A stretch of DNA of 51,430 nucleotides, counting the filler, from Malassezia furfur (Eukaryota): NCBI GenBank assembly GCA_052055015.1. It is 2 parts of 2 records of this genome, joined end to end, with 100 filler letters (N's around TTAATTAATTAA, not from the genome) between each part and the next. Parts side by side here need not be neighbours in the genome. Positions count along the whole stretch, not along the records: positions 25,782 to 51,430 come from JBQJIT010000135.1; 1 more part is not named here. One strand, written 5' to 3'. This document shows positions 32,727 through 43,122 of the stretch, piece after piece. Position 1 is the stretch's first letter. Each line of letters starts with the position of its first letter. Made by a program: the position numbers and the translations under genes. Below the pieces are notes generated by a model. It searched no databases, had not been told where the DNA came from, and saw nothing but the letters and a program-made list of their open reading frames with translations.

Positions 32727-34748
32727 ATGGCGCTGCGGACGTGCCTGTCCGTCAGCGCGGGAGTGCGCGCGGCCCTCCAAGAGGGGCGGCCCATTGTTGC
32801 TTTGGAGTCGACCATTATCACGCATGGGCTTCCGAAGCCCATAAACTACGAAACGGCCGTCGCCGCCGAAGAGGCGGTGCGCAAGGCCGGCGCCGAGCCG
32901 GCGACCATTGCCTTGCTCGACGGCCAGGCGCACATCGGCCTGACACGCAGCCAGCTCGCACGCATCTCCGAGGCCAAGGAGAATGTGTACAAGGCGAGCC
33001 GAGCGAACCTGGCGCAAACCCTCGCCAAGGGCAAAGGGCATGTGGGGGGCACGACGGTGAGCGGCACCATGGCGCTTGCACACCTCGCCGGTGTCCGCGT
33101 ATTTGCGACGGGCGGCATTGGCGGTGTGCATCGCGGTGCCGAGTCATCTATGGACATTTCCGCGGACCTCATCGAGCTCGGACGGACGCCGGTCGCGGTC
33201 TTCAGCTCGGGCGCCAAATCCATCCTGGACATTCCCCGGACGCTCGAGTACCTCGAAACGCAGGGGGTGCCGGTCATGTCGTTCAACCCTTCGGGCGAGT
33301 TTCCGAGCTTTTACTCGGCGCGCTCAGGACTGTACGTGCCGAGCGTCAGCGGCGCCCTCGAAGCCGCGCGGATCATTGCCTACAACCGTGCATTGCAGCT
33401 ACAGAACGGCCTGCTCTTTGGCGTCTCCATCCCGCCCAAGTTTGAGGAGGAAGGCGCAGCCATCCAGGAGGCGGTTGAGGTGGCCGTCAAAGAGAGCGTC
33501 GAGCTGGGCATCGACCGACAAGGCAAACTCGCGACCCCATGGCTCTTGAAGCGTGTTGCCGAATTGGCACAGCAGTCGGTGACGAGCAACATTGGGCTCG
33601 TGCTAAGCAACGCGCGCGTCGCTGCAGAATGTGCCGTCGCTCTCGCGAATCTATCGCAGGAAGAGGACGTGCAACCTCCTTCGCGTATGGTATGTGCATG
33701 GCTCACGCAGTAGGCGCACAAAACAAGCTGCAATGCACTCGTCGTGGGTTGTGCTGCCGTGGATGTCACCGCACAGTGGACCTCGTCTCCAGCCGTGCGT
33801 AGCACCGCCAAGGGACATGTGCGCTTTTCGCTTGGCGGCGTCGCACAAAACATGGCCTGCGCCGCTCAGACGCTTCTGGCAGACAGCGCGTCGGTTTTGC
33901 TGGCTGCGCCCATCAATCCGTTGGACGTATTGGGCAGCTTTGCGCAAGCCGAGATGACACGCAAGCACCTCCAGCGCGATGCACTGATTCTGGTGCATGG
34001 GCGTACAGCGGCTTGCAACCTCCTTCTGAACGAGCACGGCGATTTAGAGACCGGCGTGGCCGACATGGAGGTCGTGGAAGCGTCCCTGACACCAAATGTC
34101 GTGGAGAGTGTCTTCCGCAAACACTGCACCAACGATCTGCGTGTGGTGGGCGTCGACGCAAACGTGCTTCCTCCCACGCTGGCAAAACTGGCACAGTTGT
34201 GCAACGAACAGAGTATACCCCTGCTCTTTGAGCCTACCTCGGTAGCCAAGTCGGATCGGCTGGTGCATGCATTGCTGGGCACACCGTACCGAGCGGCATT
34301 TGCAACACCCAATACGTTGGAGCTGGCACACATGGCCCAGATGCTGCGCGACAGGGGCGTACGAGGCATGCCGATCGAAGTAACTCGGACGCTGCTGGAC
34401 GTCCTTCCGCAAGGCGCACAGGCCCAGGTACGCGACGCCAGTGTGCTGTCGCACCTGGTCGATGTACAGCTTATCAAGATGGGCCCATCTGGTGTGCTTG
34501 TGGTGCTCAGGAAGGGCGACGAAACCCAGGTCGCCTACGCACCGGCTCATGTCCTGGAACCGTCCAAGCTCGTCAATACAACAGGGGCAGGCGACACATT
34601 TACTGGAGCCATTCTGGCGGCAATCAGTGAAACGCACACTGGAATGAGTTGGTCTATGGACAGTCTGTTATCACTCGTCGACCGAGGCCAAGCGGCTGCC
34701 GTCCACACACTGTACAGCGACGAGGCCGTCGCGCCCTCTTTCACGTAG
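32727..34748 (+). CDS. Bifunctional pseudouridine-5'-phosphate glycosidase (PsuG/IndA) + PfkB pseudouridine kinase, 1 intron (33690-33713)
   Basis: VALESTIITHG, TTVSGT, FATGGIGGVHRG, DISADL, GAKSILD; then GGVAQN, FEPTS, TPN..EL, NTTGAGDTF. Confidence 0.92.
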
Positions 34749-34820
34749 CTGTCAAGTAACACATACCTCCACCTCCACCACCAGAACGCCCCCAGCATCG
34801 GCACGAGAACGGCGAACGCC

Positions 34821-35590
34821 ATGGTGTCATCGCGGTTCTTGCGTTTTTTCTTCTTGGCTATTCTGCTTGTTGTCGTACCGTCCTTCGTGTACCTATCACA
34901 GCGCCAAAACGGGTTTGTACGCGACCCAGAAACGGGTGAATGGTTTTCTGAGGATTCCTACAAGCACGGAAACAAACCAGCACAGCTAGAGCAAGGACAT
35001 GGGCCTCTCGTGTCCAACATGTTCAAAGGGTTCTCTAATCTCTGGAATCTTGGACATGATGCGTCTAGCACGACAACCTCTGCGCCGACCACCTCACTAA
35101 ACGCCCCTGCACCCACAGCCGCGGCGGTCGACGAGCCCGAGGTTGAAGGTGCATACGCGCACCAGATGACCAATGCCACGGCCAAGTACGTCTTCAGCTA
35201 ACACACAGGGCCGCTCTCGGTCGCGCAACCTGGCATTTCTTGCACACGATGACATTACGATTCCCTGAAAACCCTAGCAAGCAGCAGTCCGAGGACCTGC
35301 GTTCCTTCTTCTACTTGTTCTCCAAACTATACCCATGCGGAGACTGCGCCGCGCATTTTCAGAAGTTATTGGAGGAGCGGCCACCACAAGTATTGTCGCG
35401 CCGTAACGCAGCGTTGTGGCTCTGTGGTGTACACAACGCCGTGAACGAGCGGTTGGGCAAGCCAGAATTCGACTGCAAGCTTCTAAACTCGACCTACGAT
35501 TGTGGCTGCGGCCCAGAATCGGTCACGCCACTATCCTCTATCCATCCCGAAGAAGCCACCGGTCTTGCCCACATTATGCCGATTGCATAG
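34821..35590 (+). CDS. ERV2: ER FAD-linked sulfhydryl oxidase Erv2, 1 intron (35186-35208)
   Basis: N-terminal TM; spliced NATAKAALGRATWHFLHT; YPCGDCAAHF, WLCGVHNAVNERLGK, YDCGC. Confidence 0.93.
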
Positions 35591-35885
35591 TGTACCACCC
35601 GTAATCCCACGAACGATCGGGCAAAATTTCGCGATCGAAAATCTCGCATGCGTTCCGTGGCTACGCCCACCCGCACACCCCACCCCCGCGCAGCTGCGGA
35701 CTGATCTGTGCGGGCAACTTCGCTCCACTTGTAAGCTTCGAGAACCTCGGAAATTGTCCCATGCTTGCGGGTGAGGCAGTGCGTTACGTAACAATGCATA
35801 CGCCGTGGCCCGTGCCACCTCAAGAATCCACCGTGCTGATCACACAACGGGGAAACACTGGTCTACAGGCCCGACGGGAACAGCG

Positions 35886-35895
35886 TATAAATATA
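35886..35895 (+). promoter_or_regulatory. TATA box of the Gly-rich gene
   Basis: TATAAATATA ~45 nt upstream of ATG 35934. Confidence 0.6.
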
Positions 35896-35933
35896 GAATA
35901 GATCAGTCCCGAGATCGTTAGCATTAATCAAAC

Positions 35934-36941
35934 ATGTCCAACTTCTTGAACAACTTGACCGGCGGCGGCCAGAACGAGCAGGGTGGTACGTGCACATCTT
36001 GAAGGAACATGCATACTAACGCAACAGGCGGCTTCGCCAACAACCTTCTGCACAAGGTCGCTGACAAGGTCGGCGGCAACCACGGCCAGGGCAGCCAGGG
36101 CGGCGTTGGTGGCTTCGTCAACAACCTGATGGGCGGCAACAACCAGGGCAGCCAGGGCGGCTACGGCGGCAACCAGGGCGGCAACTTCGGTGGCAGCTCG
36201 GACAACTACGGCAGCAACCAGGGCGGCAGCTTCGGCGGCAGCTCGGACAACTACGGCAGCAACCAGGGCGGCAGCTTCGGCGGCAACTCTGGTAGCTACG
36301 GTGGTAGCCAGGGCGGCTACGGCGGCAACTCGGACAACTTCGGTTCGGGTGGCTCGTCGGGCGGCTACGGCGGCAGCAGCTCCGACAACTTCGGCGGCAG
36401 CTCTGGCGGCTACAGTGGTGGCTCCGACAACTTCGGTGGTAACTCGGGCGGCTTCGGCGGCGGCGAGTCTGGCCGTCACCACCACCGTCACCACGGCGGT
36501 GGTGGCAACGACAACTTCGGTGGCAGCTCGGGCGGCTACGGCGGCAACTCGGACAGCTTCGGTTCGGGTGGCTCGTCGGGCGGCTATGGCGGCGGCTCCG
36601 ACAACTTCAGCTCCAGCGGCAGCGGTGGCTTCGGCGGTAGCTCTGGCGGCTACGGCGGTAGCTCTGGCGGCTACGGCGGTAGCTCTGGCGGCTACGGCGG
36701 CAGCTCCGACAACTTCGGTGGCAACTCTGGTGGCTACGGTGGCGGCTCGGACAACTTTGGTGGCAGCCAGGGTGGTTTCGGCGGCAACCAGGGCGGCTTT
36801 GGCGGCGGCTCTGACAACTTTGGTGGCAACCAGGGTGGCTTTGGCGGCAGCCAGGGCGGCTACGGCGGTAGCCAGGGCGGCTACGGTGGCAACCAGGGTG
36901 GCTACGGTGGCAACCAGGGCGGCTACGGTGGCAACTACTAA
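35934..36941 (+). CDS. Gly/Ser/Asn/Gln/Tyr/Phe-rich low-complexity (prion-like) protein, 1 intron (35986-36027)
   Basis: MSNFLNNLTGGGQNEQGGGFANN... then GGSSDNFGG, GGYGG and NQGG repeats; strong GGC/GGT/AAC/TAC codon bias. Confidence 0.85.
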
Positions 36942-37105
36942 ATGGATCTCCCCTTCAACCCATCATATCAATAAATGCATGCCACAGCAGTGTTCCCTTA
37001 ATTGAATGCAGATCTTGTTCTCATGGTCATTGTAAATTGACACTCTATGTAGGAGTTCCAATAATGAGCGTTTAAGTTTGTGTGATACTCCTGTGTGGTG
37101 CTGCA

Positions 37106-37805
37106 TCAGAGAGTGAAGTCGTGGAGCTGCATTAGAGAACAAGTGGGCACATACCGAAGGCGCGATGACTTGGAGCCATTCGTTACATGTCCGGATATAG
37201 GCATCGTCACCCGCATCGATGGGACCGTCCGGGCCCCACACCCATAGCGAGCTCCCGGCATCTGCTACAGGGCGCAAAGAGTGTTTGGTTGGGGCCAGTT
37301 GGGTGGACAACCGAGAAACGTCTCCGTAGTCATCGTCCTCCGAGAGGGGTTCCCGGGGTTCCCCGAATGGCACTCCCACATCGTATGCCTCTCCTTCATC
37401 TTCATCCTCATCATCAAGAGCAAACCGCGAACCACGTACAGGTACAGGGGGTTGCACAGGTCGTGTCTTTGCCTGTTTGCGCTGTTTGGAAGGCGCAGGT
37501 TCTTGTTCGGTTTCATCTGTAATGGTCTCCTCTTGCACACAGAAAAAGCCCAGCCTGTACGATTCTGGCAGCTCTAAGCGTGTCCCATATACACGTCGCC
37601 CTCGGAATGCCGACACTGCCTCCGACGAGCCATCGCCAGATTCTGCATCGATGGGTTGGGATAAAAAGAAGGTGTCCACAGGTGCTGGACCAGTGTAATC
37701 AATGGAGAATGGCATTAGATGGGCAATGACGGATTCTGTCGGCGCATAGGCCGTGTCCGAACTCTTCAGGCGTAGTGCTAGCGGTAAAAACGTCTCAGTG
37801 TCCAT
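37106..37805 (-). CDS. RNH203: Ribonuclease H2 subunit C, 1 intron (37127-37154)
   Basis: HLMPFSIDYTGPAPVDTFF, SAFRGRRVYG, WVWGPD..DDAYIR..EW..IA..LH. Confidence 0.85.
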
Positions 37806-37879
37806 CGCCTTTCACGTCTAACCCCAGGTGGAGTAGGTTAATGACACAAATGCGCACATTTCATTTAATCCTTTCGTAG

Positions 37880-38695
37880 CTACAATGTGCCTCGCTGCAT
37901 GTCCGCATCGGTCAATGGCACATACTAGGTCAAAAGAGCTCACGTACCATTACACCAAAGAGCTTGCTTTTCTTCACTTCACCTTGTTCAGACTTGTCGA
38001 TTTGCAGGAGATCCCTTTGTATTAGCGAAACAAGCACAGATATACGCACTGGATCCCCGTAGCAGGGTTGTCCACAGGGACAATGAGTCTGCCGGGGCTT
38101 TTCAGTTGCTGTACCAGAGCTTCTGGCACAGTCGGAGCTGCCGCTCCTACATGAATGGCATCGTAGGGCCCCATGGGTGTATAGCCTGTGGTGAGTAGGT
38201 CACCTACCATCGCGCCCGTCGCCCGTTACCACTGTGATGCGTTTCGAAGCCAGTTCTGCCTGTAGTCCGTCTTTTTCCATGTTGGCAACACTAAAGTCGG
38301 CTAGCTCTTTGAGGTGTTCCACGCCAACAACGTGTCCTTGCTCGCCCTGACCCTGGATGTTGGTGAGGTGATGGAATACGGAGAGCATGTAGCCCGATCC
38401 TGAGCCCACGTCCAAAGCCGAGCTGCCAGGCTTCAGGTAAGGAAGCAGCAATTCAGCAACATGGGCATGCATGTGAGGCGCAGAGATGGTTGCATTGTAT
38501 CCGATTGACTGCGGGGAATCCTCATACGCCCTGGAGCGGGATCTCGGCAAAACATAGTTTGCGCGGTCGACGCGTAGCATGGCCTAGGTAAGACCGTACA
38601 CCTACTTCTGCGACACGTGTAGAATGAATGAGGCCTGCGCTCTGCATATTCGCAATGAGCTCCGCATTCGTCTTACCGGTACAAAGCCACGCCAT
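37880..38695 (-). CDS. pcm2: Protein-L-isoaspartate O-methyltransferase, 4 introns
   Basis: [67 protein letters not shown] after splicing 38584-38605, 38186-38207, 38015-38049, 37925-37947. Confidence 0.93.
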
Positions 38696-38748
38696 GGTGG
38701 GAGGAGACAAGGAGTGCACGGACCAATTGGGGTCGAGGGGATTATAAG

Positions 38749-40202
38749 CTACAATTCGTCGCGCGCCGGCATAGGCGTCTGTGTCTGCTCCGGAGCCGAG
38801 GTTGTCTCCGATGCCGATGAGGTGGAAGCCATTCCCTGAAGACCCCTCAGGAAAGAGTGTATATTGATCTGGACCTCATCGTCAACAAGAACGGTGGCCT
38901 GCTCTTCGGCAGTGGTCTGCGAGGGGGTTGGCTGTTCGGATGCGGCCTCCGCTCCCGCCTGGTAGTACGGGGATTCCTTTTTCGCACGCTCGAGAATCTC
39001 ATACAGGCCTTCGACGTTCTGCTCGTCGAATTCATCCCCAAACAAATCGATCGTGTAGGCTTGGTCTGTTGCTCCGTCGGCCGTGACGTCAAAGTCGAGC
39101 GACTCGTCATCAGCAGTATGCTCGTCCAACGTATCGCCATGAACATGGTCTTTAATCATCCCAAACTCCTTCAGGTACGCACTCCGCTCCTCCGGCTCGT
39201 CTGGCGTTACGAGGCGGCACTGAATCGGATGCACAGGTACCTCAGAGGGACGCGCAAATGCAGTAATGTTGCAAAGCGCGGGTGTGTGGATATTGATGAT
39301 GCTGTGTGAGATGGACAACGTACTAGCCGCAGGTCTGCAGCTCGTTAATCGACTCGATCTTGTCTTTCTTGTCTGAGGGACAGAAATACTGGGTTAGCTG
39401 GGTAACGTACGCGAACAAGCGTAGTGCGAGGGAGTCCATTGAGGTCACAGATCGTACCATCTGTCCACTTCTGCTCCAAGTACAGATTCTGGTCCGAGTA
39501 CAGCGTTTCTTCGTCCTTCTTGATGCTCGAGGAGCCGACGGGACGAAGGCTCGAGGGGTGTGCAGATTTGTCGGTTGTCGCATCCAGTTCGGGCGTACGA
39601 CCGAGGTCCTCTGACCACTTCCCCATGATGTATACGTTGTTTTCGGGGTCCTCGGGACCCAGCGAGGCCAGTCCCTTCACAAGCGATGCCTCCATCAGCT
39701 TCGTCGCAGGAACCTGCCGCAGCTCGTAGTCGTAGCAGAAGCGGTACCCAAAGTAGCCATTCATGTATTCAATACAAAGGCCACGCTGTTGCTGGAGCAA
39801 ATACAGGGCATGGCCCAAAATCTCGTTCTGTTCGTACGGCGTCAGGGGTAGGCGTTGGTGTTTCTGTGCAGTGCCTTCGGTGACGTGTGCAGGAGGATAG
39901 CGACAAAGGTAGCATTCCCTTGGTGTGATGCGGTATAGTTCGTAGTCTGCTTCATCTCCCCAAGTGAGCGTCATATTCTTGAAGGCGCCCTCCGGTTTGA
40001 CCAATTCGGCGTCCTCGTCATACTCGCCGCGAAGGAGCCGAAGCGAATCCGACTGCGTAATGGTCCGATTTTTTTCAAAAAGCACATCATAGGTTGTAGA
40101 CCGCAGGATGTTGCGCGCATATTCCATGCTGTCCATCGTGTTGACCAGGTGCACCAGTGCTGGCGCGAGCAACAGCGTCACCCAAAGTCTGGACGCTGGC
40201 AT
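38749..40202 (-). CDS. YOS9: ERAD lectin OS-9/Yos9, 2 introns (39389-39410, 39302-39323)
   Basis: Signal peptide; MRH domain GYFGYRFCY..RQ, WTDGTICDLNGLPRTT..YFC, INELQTCGYIINIHTPALC; C-terminal RDEL. Confidence 0.85.
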
Positions 40203-40318
40203 CGTGCCGCCGGAGGATGTGGAGGTCGGTGGGGGCGAAGGAACCCCCCCCCCCACACTTGGACAAGTCGGTTGGAAATGATGCGTTGCTTGGTACCTTA
40301 TTCTATTCGACATGATCA

Positions 40319-41153
40319 TTAACGGTTATCCGTACCACCAAATCCTGCGCTTGTATGCGTGCCTGATCCCGATGCGGCCGGCATCGGTTGCGTGCTTCCA
40401 TAGTAGGGATCGTAGGGCCCGTATGGCGGCATCGTGCCGTAATTCCGGTGGTGGTCCACCAACCTAGAACCCCTCCCTGGCCCGAACAGACGCGCCGCCA
40501 GTGCGCCGAGTCCCAGACCTGTCCAGAATCCTGGGCGTCCTGAGACGGTCTTACCCGTCCCAGGGTACGGCGGTGGCGCCGGGCCGTTGGGGTCGGAACC
40601 CCCGGCATGTGCGGGATCCAAACGGGGGCCCAGAATCGAGTACAGACAGCAGAGCAGAATGTACACAAAAAAGCTCCAAAACACGACGAGGAATGCGGTG
40701 GATGCCCACCCTCCCTTCTCGCTCGACTCGGCGCGGACCAGTTCATACTTGAGTCCACACGATCCACGGAGCACATAGTCATCGTCGGCACTCTTCCAAC
40801 CTTCGCAAGAGACACGCACGGCGCCAAAGCTCAGCCCCTGTGGCAACTCGGCTTCACACTGCGTCAGCACCAAAACCTACCCTCCATTGACGATCGCCTC
40901 GGCTAACACACTGCACCACGTTCGGTTGGAACTGAGCACACGGTTTGCCCACGCACTGCAGCTGGGGAATGGGGTCAGTGCGCCGCGCCGTCGTTTCCTT
41001 ATGGCGGTAGAATGTCAGTGCCTTGATCTCGTCGAAGCGGACTTTGGTGTAGTCCTGCTTCGATGCAGGCACCCATCCTGCCCATGCCATGCAGGGGAGG
41101 CACGCTAAGCTCGCGGCAAGGAGCAGGCAGCGAAGCCACACTTGGGTCTGCAT
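40319..41153 (-). CDS. SARAF/TMEM66 (DUF1183) store-operated Ca2+ entry-associated factor, 1 intron (40859-40880)
   Basis: ALTFY..TTARRTDPIPQLQCVG, QWRCEAEL, VSCEGW..DDYVLRGSCGLKY, TM, PGFWTG, C-terminal SAGFGGT..R. Confidence 0.9.
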
Positions 41154-41239
41154 GTTGGTGGATGCGGAGGGGATCGACGCCACCTCCACTGTGCCCTAGC
41201 TCCACCCCACGCGCCCTTGCTACCCAACCTTCCACAACC

Positions 41240-41468
41240 ATGAGCGGCCAGAACGCAGCAAACAAGAGCTTCAACCCCCTCGACTTCATTGCGCAGCAGT
41301 CGAAGAACCTGAAGGCGTACGTGTCTACACTTACGCAGGAAATATGAGCACAACATGGAGAACTACGAGCGCAACACGGGCCATAAGAACCCGCTTGCTT
41401 CGGATGGTGCTGGTAAGGACAACCAGATGCACATCCAGCAGGGGTCGTCGGGCAACAGCACCAAGTAG
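41240..41468 (+). CDS. Putative 68-aa hydrophilic microprotein, 1 intron (41317-41338)
   Basis: ATG in CAACCATG context; 22-nt intron GTACGT..CTTACGCAG; spliced frame open to TAG with C/G-ending codons. Confidence 0.65.
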
Positions 41469-41735
41469 GCTTGTTGCGACGTCGATGCCCACCGTTCCCG
41501 GCTGCGAGCCGCAGTAAAGGCTGCCAGCCAAGTAGATGAAGACCAAAACTTTGTTCGTACGGAAATGTGCCTTGGTGCGCTATGCTGCCCCCATTCCAGC
41601 CTGCATGTACGTGTGGCGTGCACGACACGCGCGTACCGCTGCACCGTACGCCCGCCGTGTCGGGGTGGCACCCGGTGCCGCACGGACGATCACCGCCACG
41701 TGGTCGATGTCTGTGCGTCGCTTTCTTGCCACCGT

Positions 41736-42279
41736 ATGCGCTGGGTGCGACCAAGTGTGCCCCTCTCCCGTCTCGCCCTCCGCACCCCCGCCGTGTAGGT
41801 TGCCGTGTTCTGAAGCAGTCGATTCACGCATTCCAACGCCATGTCGCGCACCGAGAAAGAGTGGCGTGCCGTCCTCTCGCCCGAGCAGGTAGGTCGTGTG
41901 ACTGACGCAGTTTCGTGTGCTGCGTGAGAAAGGCACGGAGCGTGCCGGTACGGGCAAGTACAACAAACACAGTGCCCCTGGTGTGTACACGTGTGCAGGC
42001 TGCGACGCGCCGCTGTACAAAAGTGCGACCAAGTTTGACAGCGGGTGTGGCTGGCCGGCGTTCTTTGATGCGATCCCTGGCGCGATCGACCGGCACGACG
42101 ACTTCTCGTTCGGCATGGTGCGTCGTCGATATCTCACGCAGAAACGTACCGAGATTACATGCCACAATTGCGGTGGGCACCTCGGCCATGTCTTTTACGG
42201 CGAAGGGTTCCCTACGCCGACCGACGAGCGCCACTGTGTGAACTCCGTGTCACTCGCGTTCCACGACGAGAAGCTGTAA
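41736..42279 (+). CDS. MXR2: Methionine-R-sulfoxide reductase MsrB, 3 introns, probable mitochondrial presequence exon
   Basis: [58 protein letters not shown]; introns 41795-41818, 41889-41910, 42118-42141; second ATG at 41841. Confidence 0.92.
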
Positions 42280-42306
42280 GCAGGGGTATACACTAGAATA
42301 CAATGC

Positions 42307-42792
42307 CTATTCGGTGTCGTGGTCATGCTCCGGCGTGTCGGTCGAGTGGGCGGTGCGCGACTCGCTCGCTTGCAGCATCTGCGCGAGCTGCTCCCGCACT
42401 TGCTGCGCAACGCGGCCGCTGGGCCCCAGCAGCGCCTCGCCGTCGCCATCGCCGCCGCCTGCCGACTCGGACATGGCATGCGGCGCGGCAAGTTTCCCGA
42501 CGAGGTCGGGGAAGAGGGGATTTTGGTCCAGTTCGCGCAGCAGGTCGCTGTGCCGCAGGCGTGCATCGCGAAAGACGTAGTGGTCCGGCCGCTTCTTGAG
42601 TGCATCCATCATGGCGTTGTCGGCCTGCTCGACAAACGCGGCGTGGTGCGCACTTTGCTGGAACTCGTGCAGGATCTGCTTGCGGATCAGATCAAAGTGC
42701 CCCTGGCGCTTGAACTCTTCGACAAGCGCCTCGGGCGTCCACTGCGTCGAGGGCGCGGCCTGCTTGTCCTGTGCTGCGGGAGACTCGGACAT
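42307..42792 (-). CDS. SHG1: COMPASS subunit Shg1/BOD1-domain protein
   Basis: TPEALVEEFKRQGHFDLIRKQILHEF matches the Shg1/BOD1 N-terminal motif. Confidence 0.75.
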   Translation of the reverse strand: MSESPAAQDKQAAPSTQWTPEALVEEFKRQGHFDLIRKQILHEFQQSAHHAAFVEQADNAMMDALKKRPDHYVFRDARLRHSDLLRELDQNPLFPDLVGKLAAPHAMSESAGGGDGDGEALLGPSGRVAQQVREQLAQMLQASESRTAHSTDTPEHDHDTE

Positions 42793-42826
42793 GTCTGTGG
42801 TCAGCGTGCTCGGCAGGAAGCCGGGC

Positions 42827-42960
42827 GCAAGTCAGAAACCGATGAATCCACAATGGCGTGCACCACGACCGCATCTGACACTTTGTACACTGTGTCGCGG
42901 CAGGCTTGCGCCAGGATACACGCCTTCGGTCCGCCCATCGGAAATGTTTCATCCTCGTGG
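42827..42960 (-). ncRNA. snR70: Box C/D snoRNA, snR70-like (18S Cm1639 guide), intronic
   Basis: Box C AGGATGA (42955-42949); guide CGATGGGCGG before D' CCGA, complementary to 18S CCGCCCGUCG; extra GTGTACAAAG complementary to the adjacent 18S CUUUGUACAC; box D CTGA (42835-42832); lies inside intron 42795-42978. End coordinates approximate. Confidence 0.82.
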
Positions 42961-43023
42961 CCCACGGCGGCGACGTACTCTCTGTGTGTTAGTCTGTCCC
43001 AACGCGTAGGGGGAAGGAGGGGG

Positions 43024-43122
43024 AATGATCAGACAAGGCTGAAACTGATAACAAAGACGTATTCTCCATCTTTAAATGCAGAGTAATTCTAGAGCTTTGG
43101 TACATTGTGGTTCATCACACAA
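43024..43122 (-). ncRNA. snR41: Box C/D snoRNA, snR41-like (18S Gm1126 guide) with second 18S guide, intronic
   Basis: Box C GTGATGA (43118-43112); AGCTCTAGAATTAC complementary to 18S GUAAUUCUAGAGCU; AGTTTCAGCCTTG before box D CTGA (43032-43029) complementary to 18S CAAGGCUGAAACU; inside intron 42982-43151. End coordinates approximate. Confidence 0.88.

Noticed and set aside
36100..36941. Tandem DNA repeats that could mimic a CRISPR array or satellite
   Set aside because: Codon-phased with synonymous variation; they encode the Gly-rich protein
36942..37900. AT-richer patches as a possible centromere
   Set aside because: Only ~100-160 bp and moderately AT-rich; described Malassezia centromere cores are longer, very AT-rich intergenic tracts
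1417..41153. Apparent functional clustering (ER genes STT3/PDI/ERV2/YOS9/SARAF; PEX6 and PEX8; repair enzymes PCMT1 and MsrB)
   Set aside because: Interspersed with unrelated genes and split by an assembly gap; plausible by chance among ~39 genes
41500..41540. GCAGCCTTTACTGC hairpin on the minus strand resembling U5 snRNA loop I
   Set aside because: Only three U instead of GCCUUUUAC and no downstream Sm site
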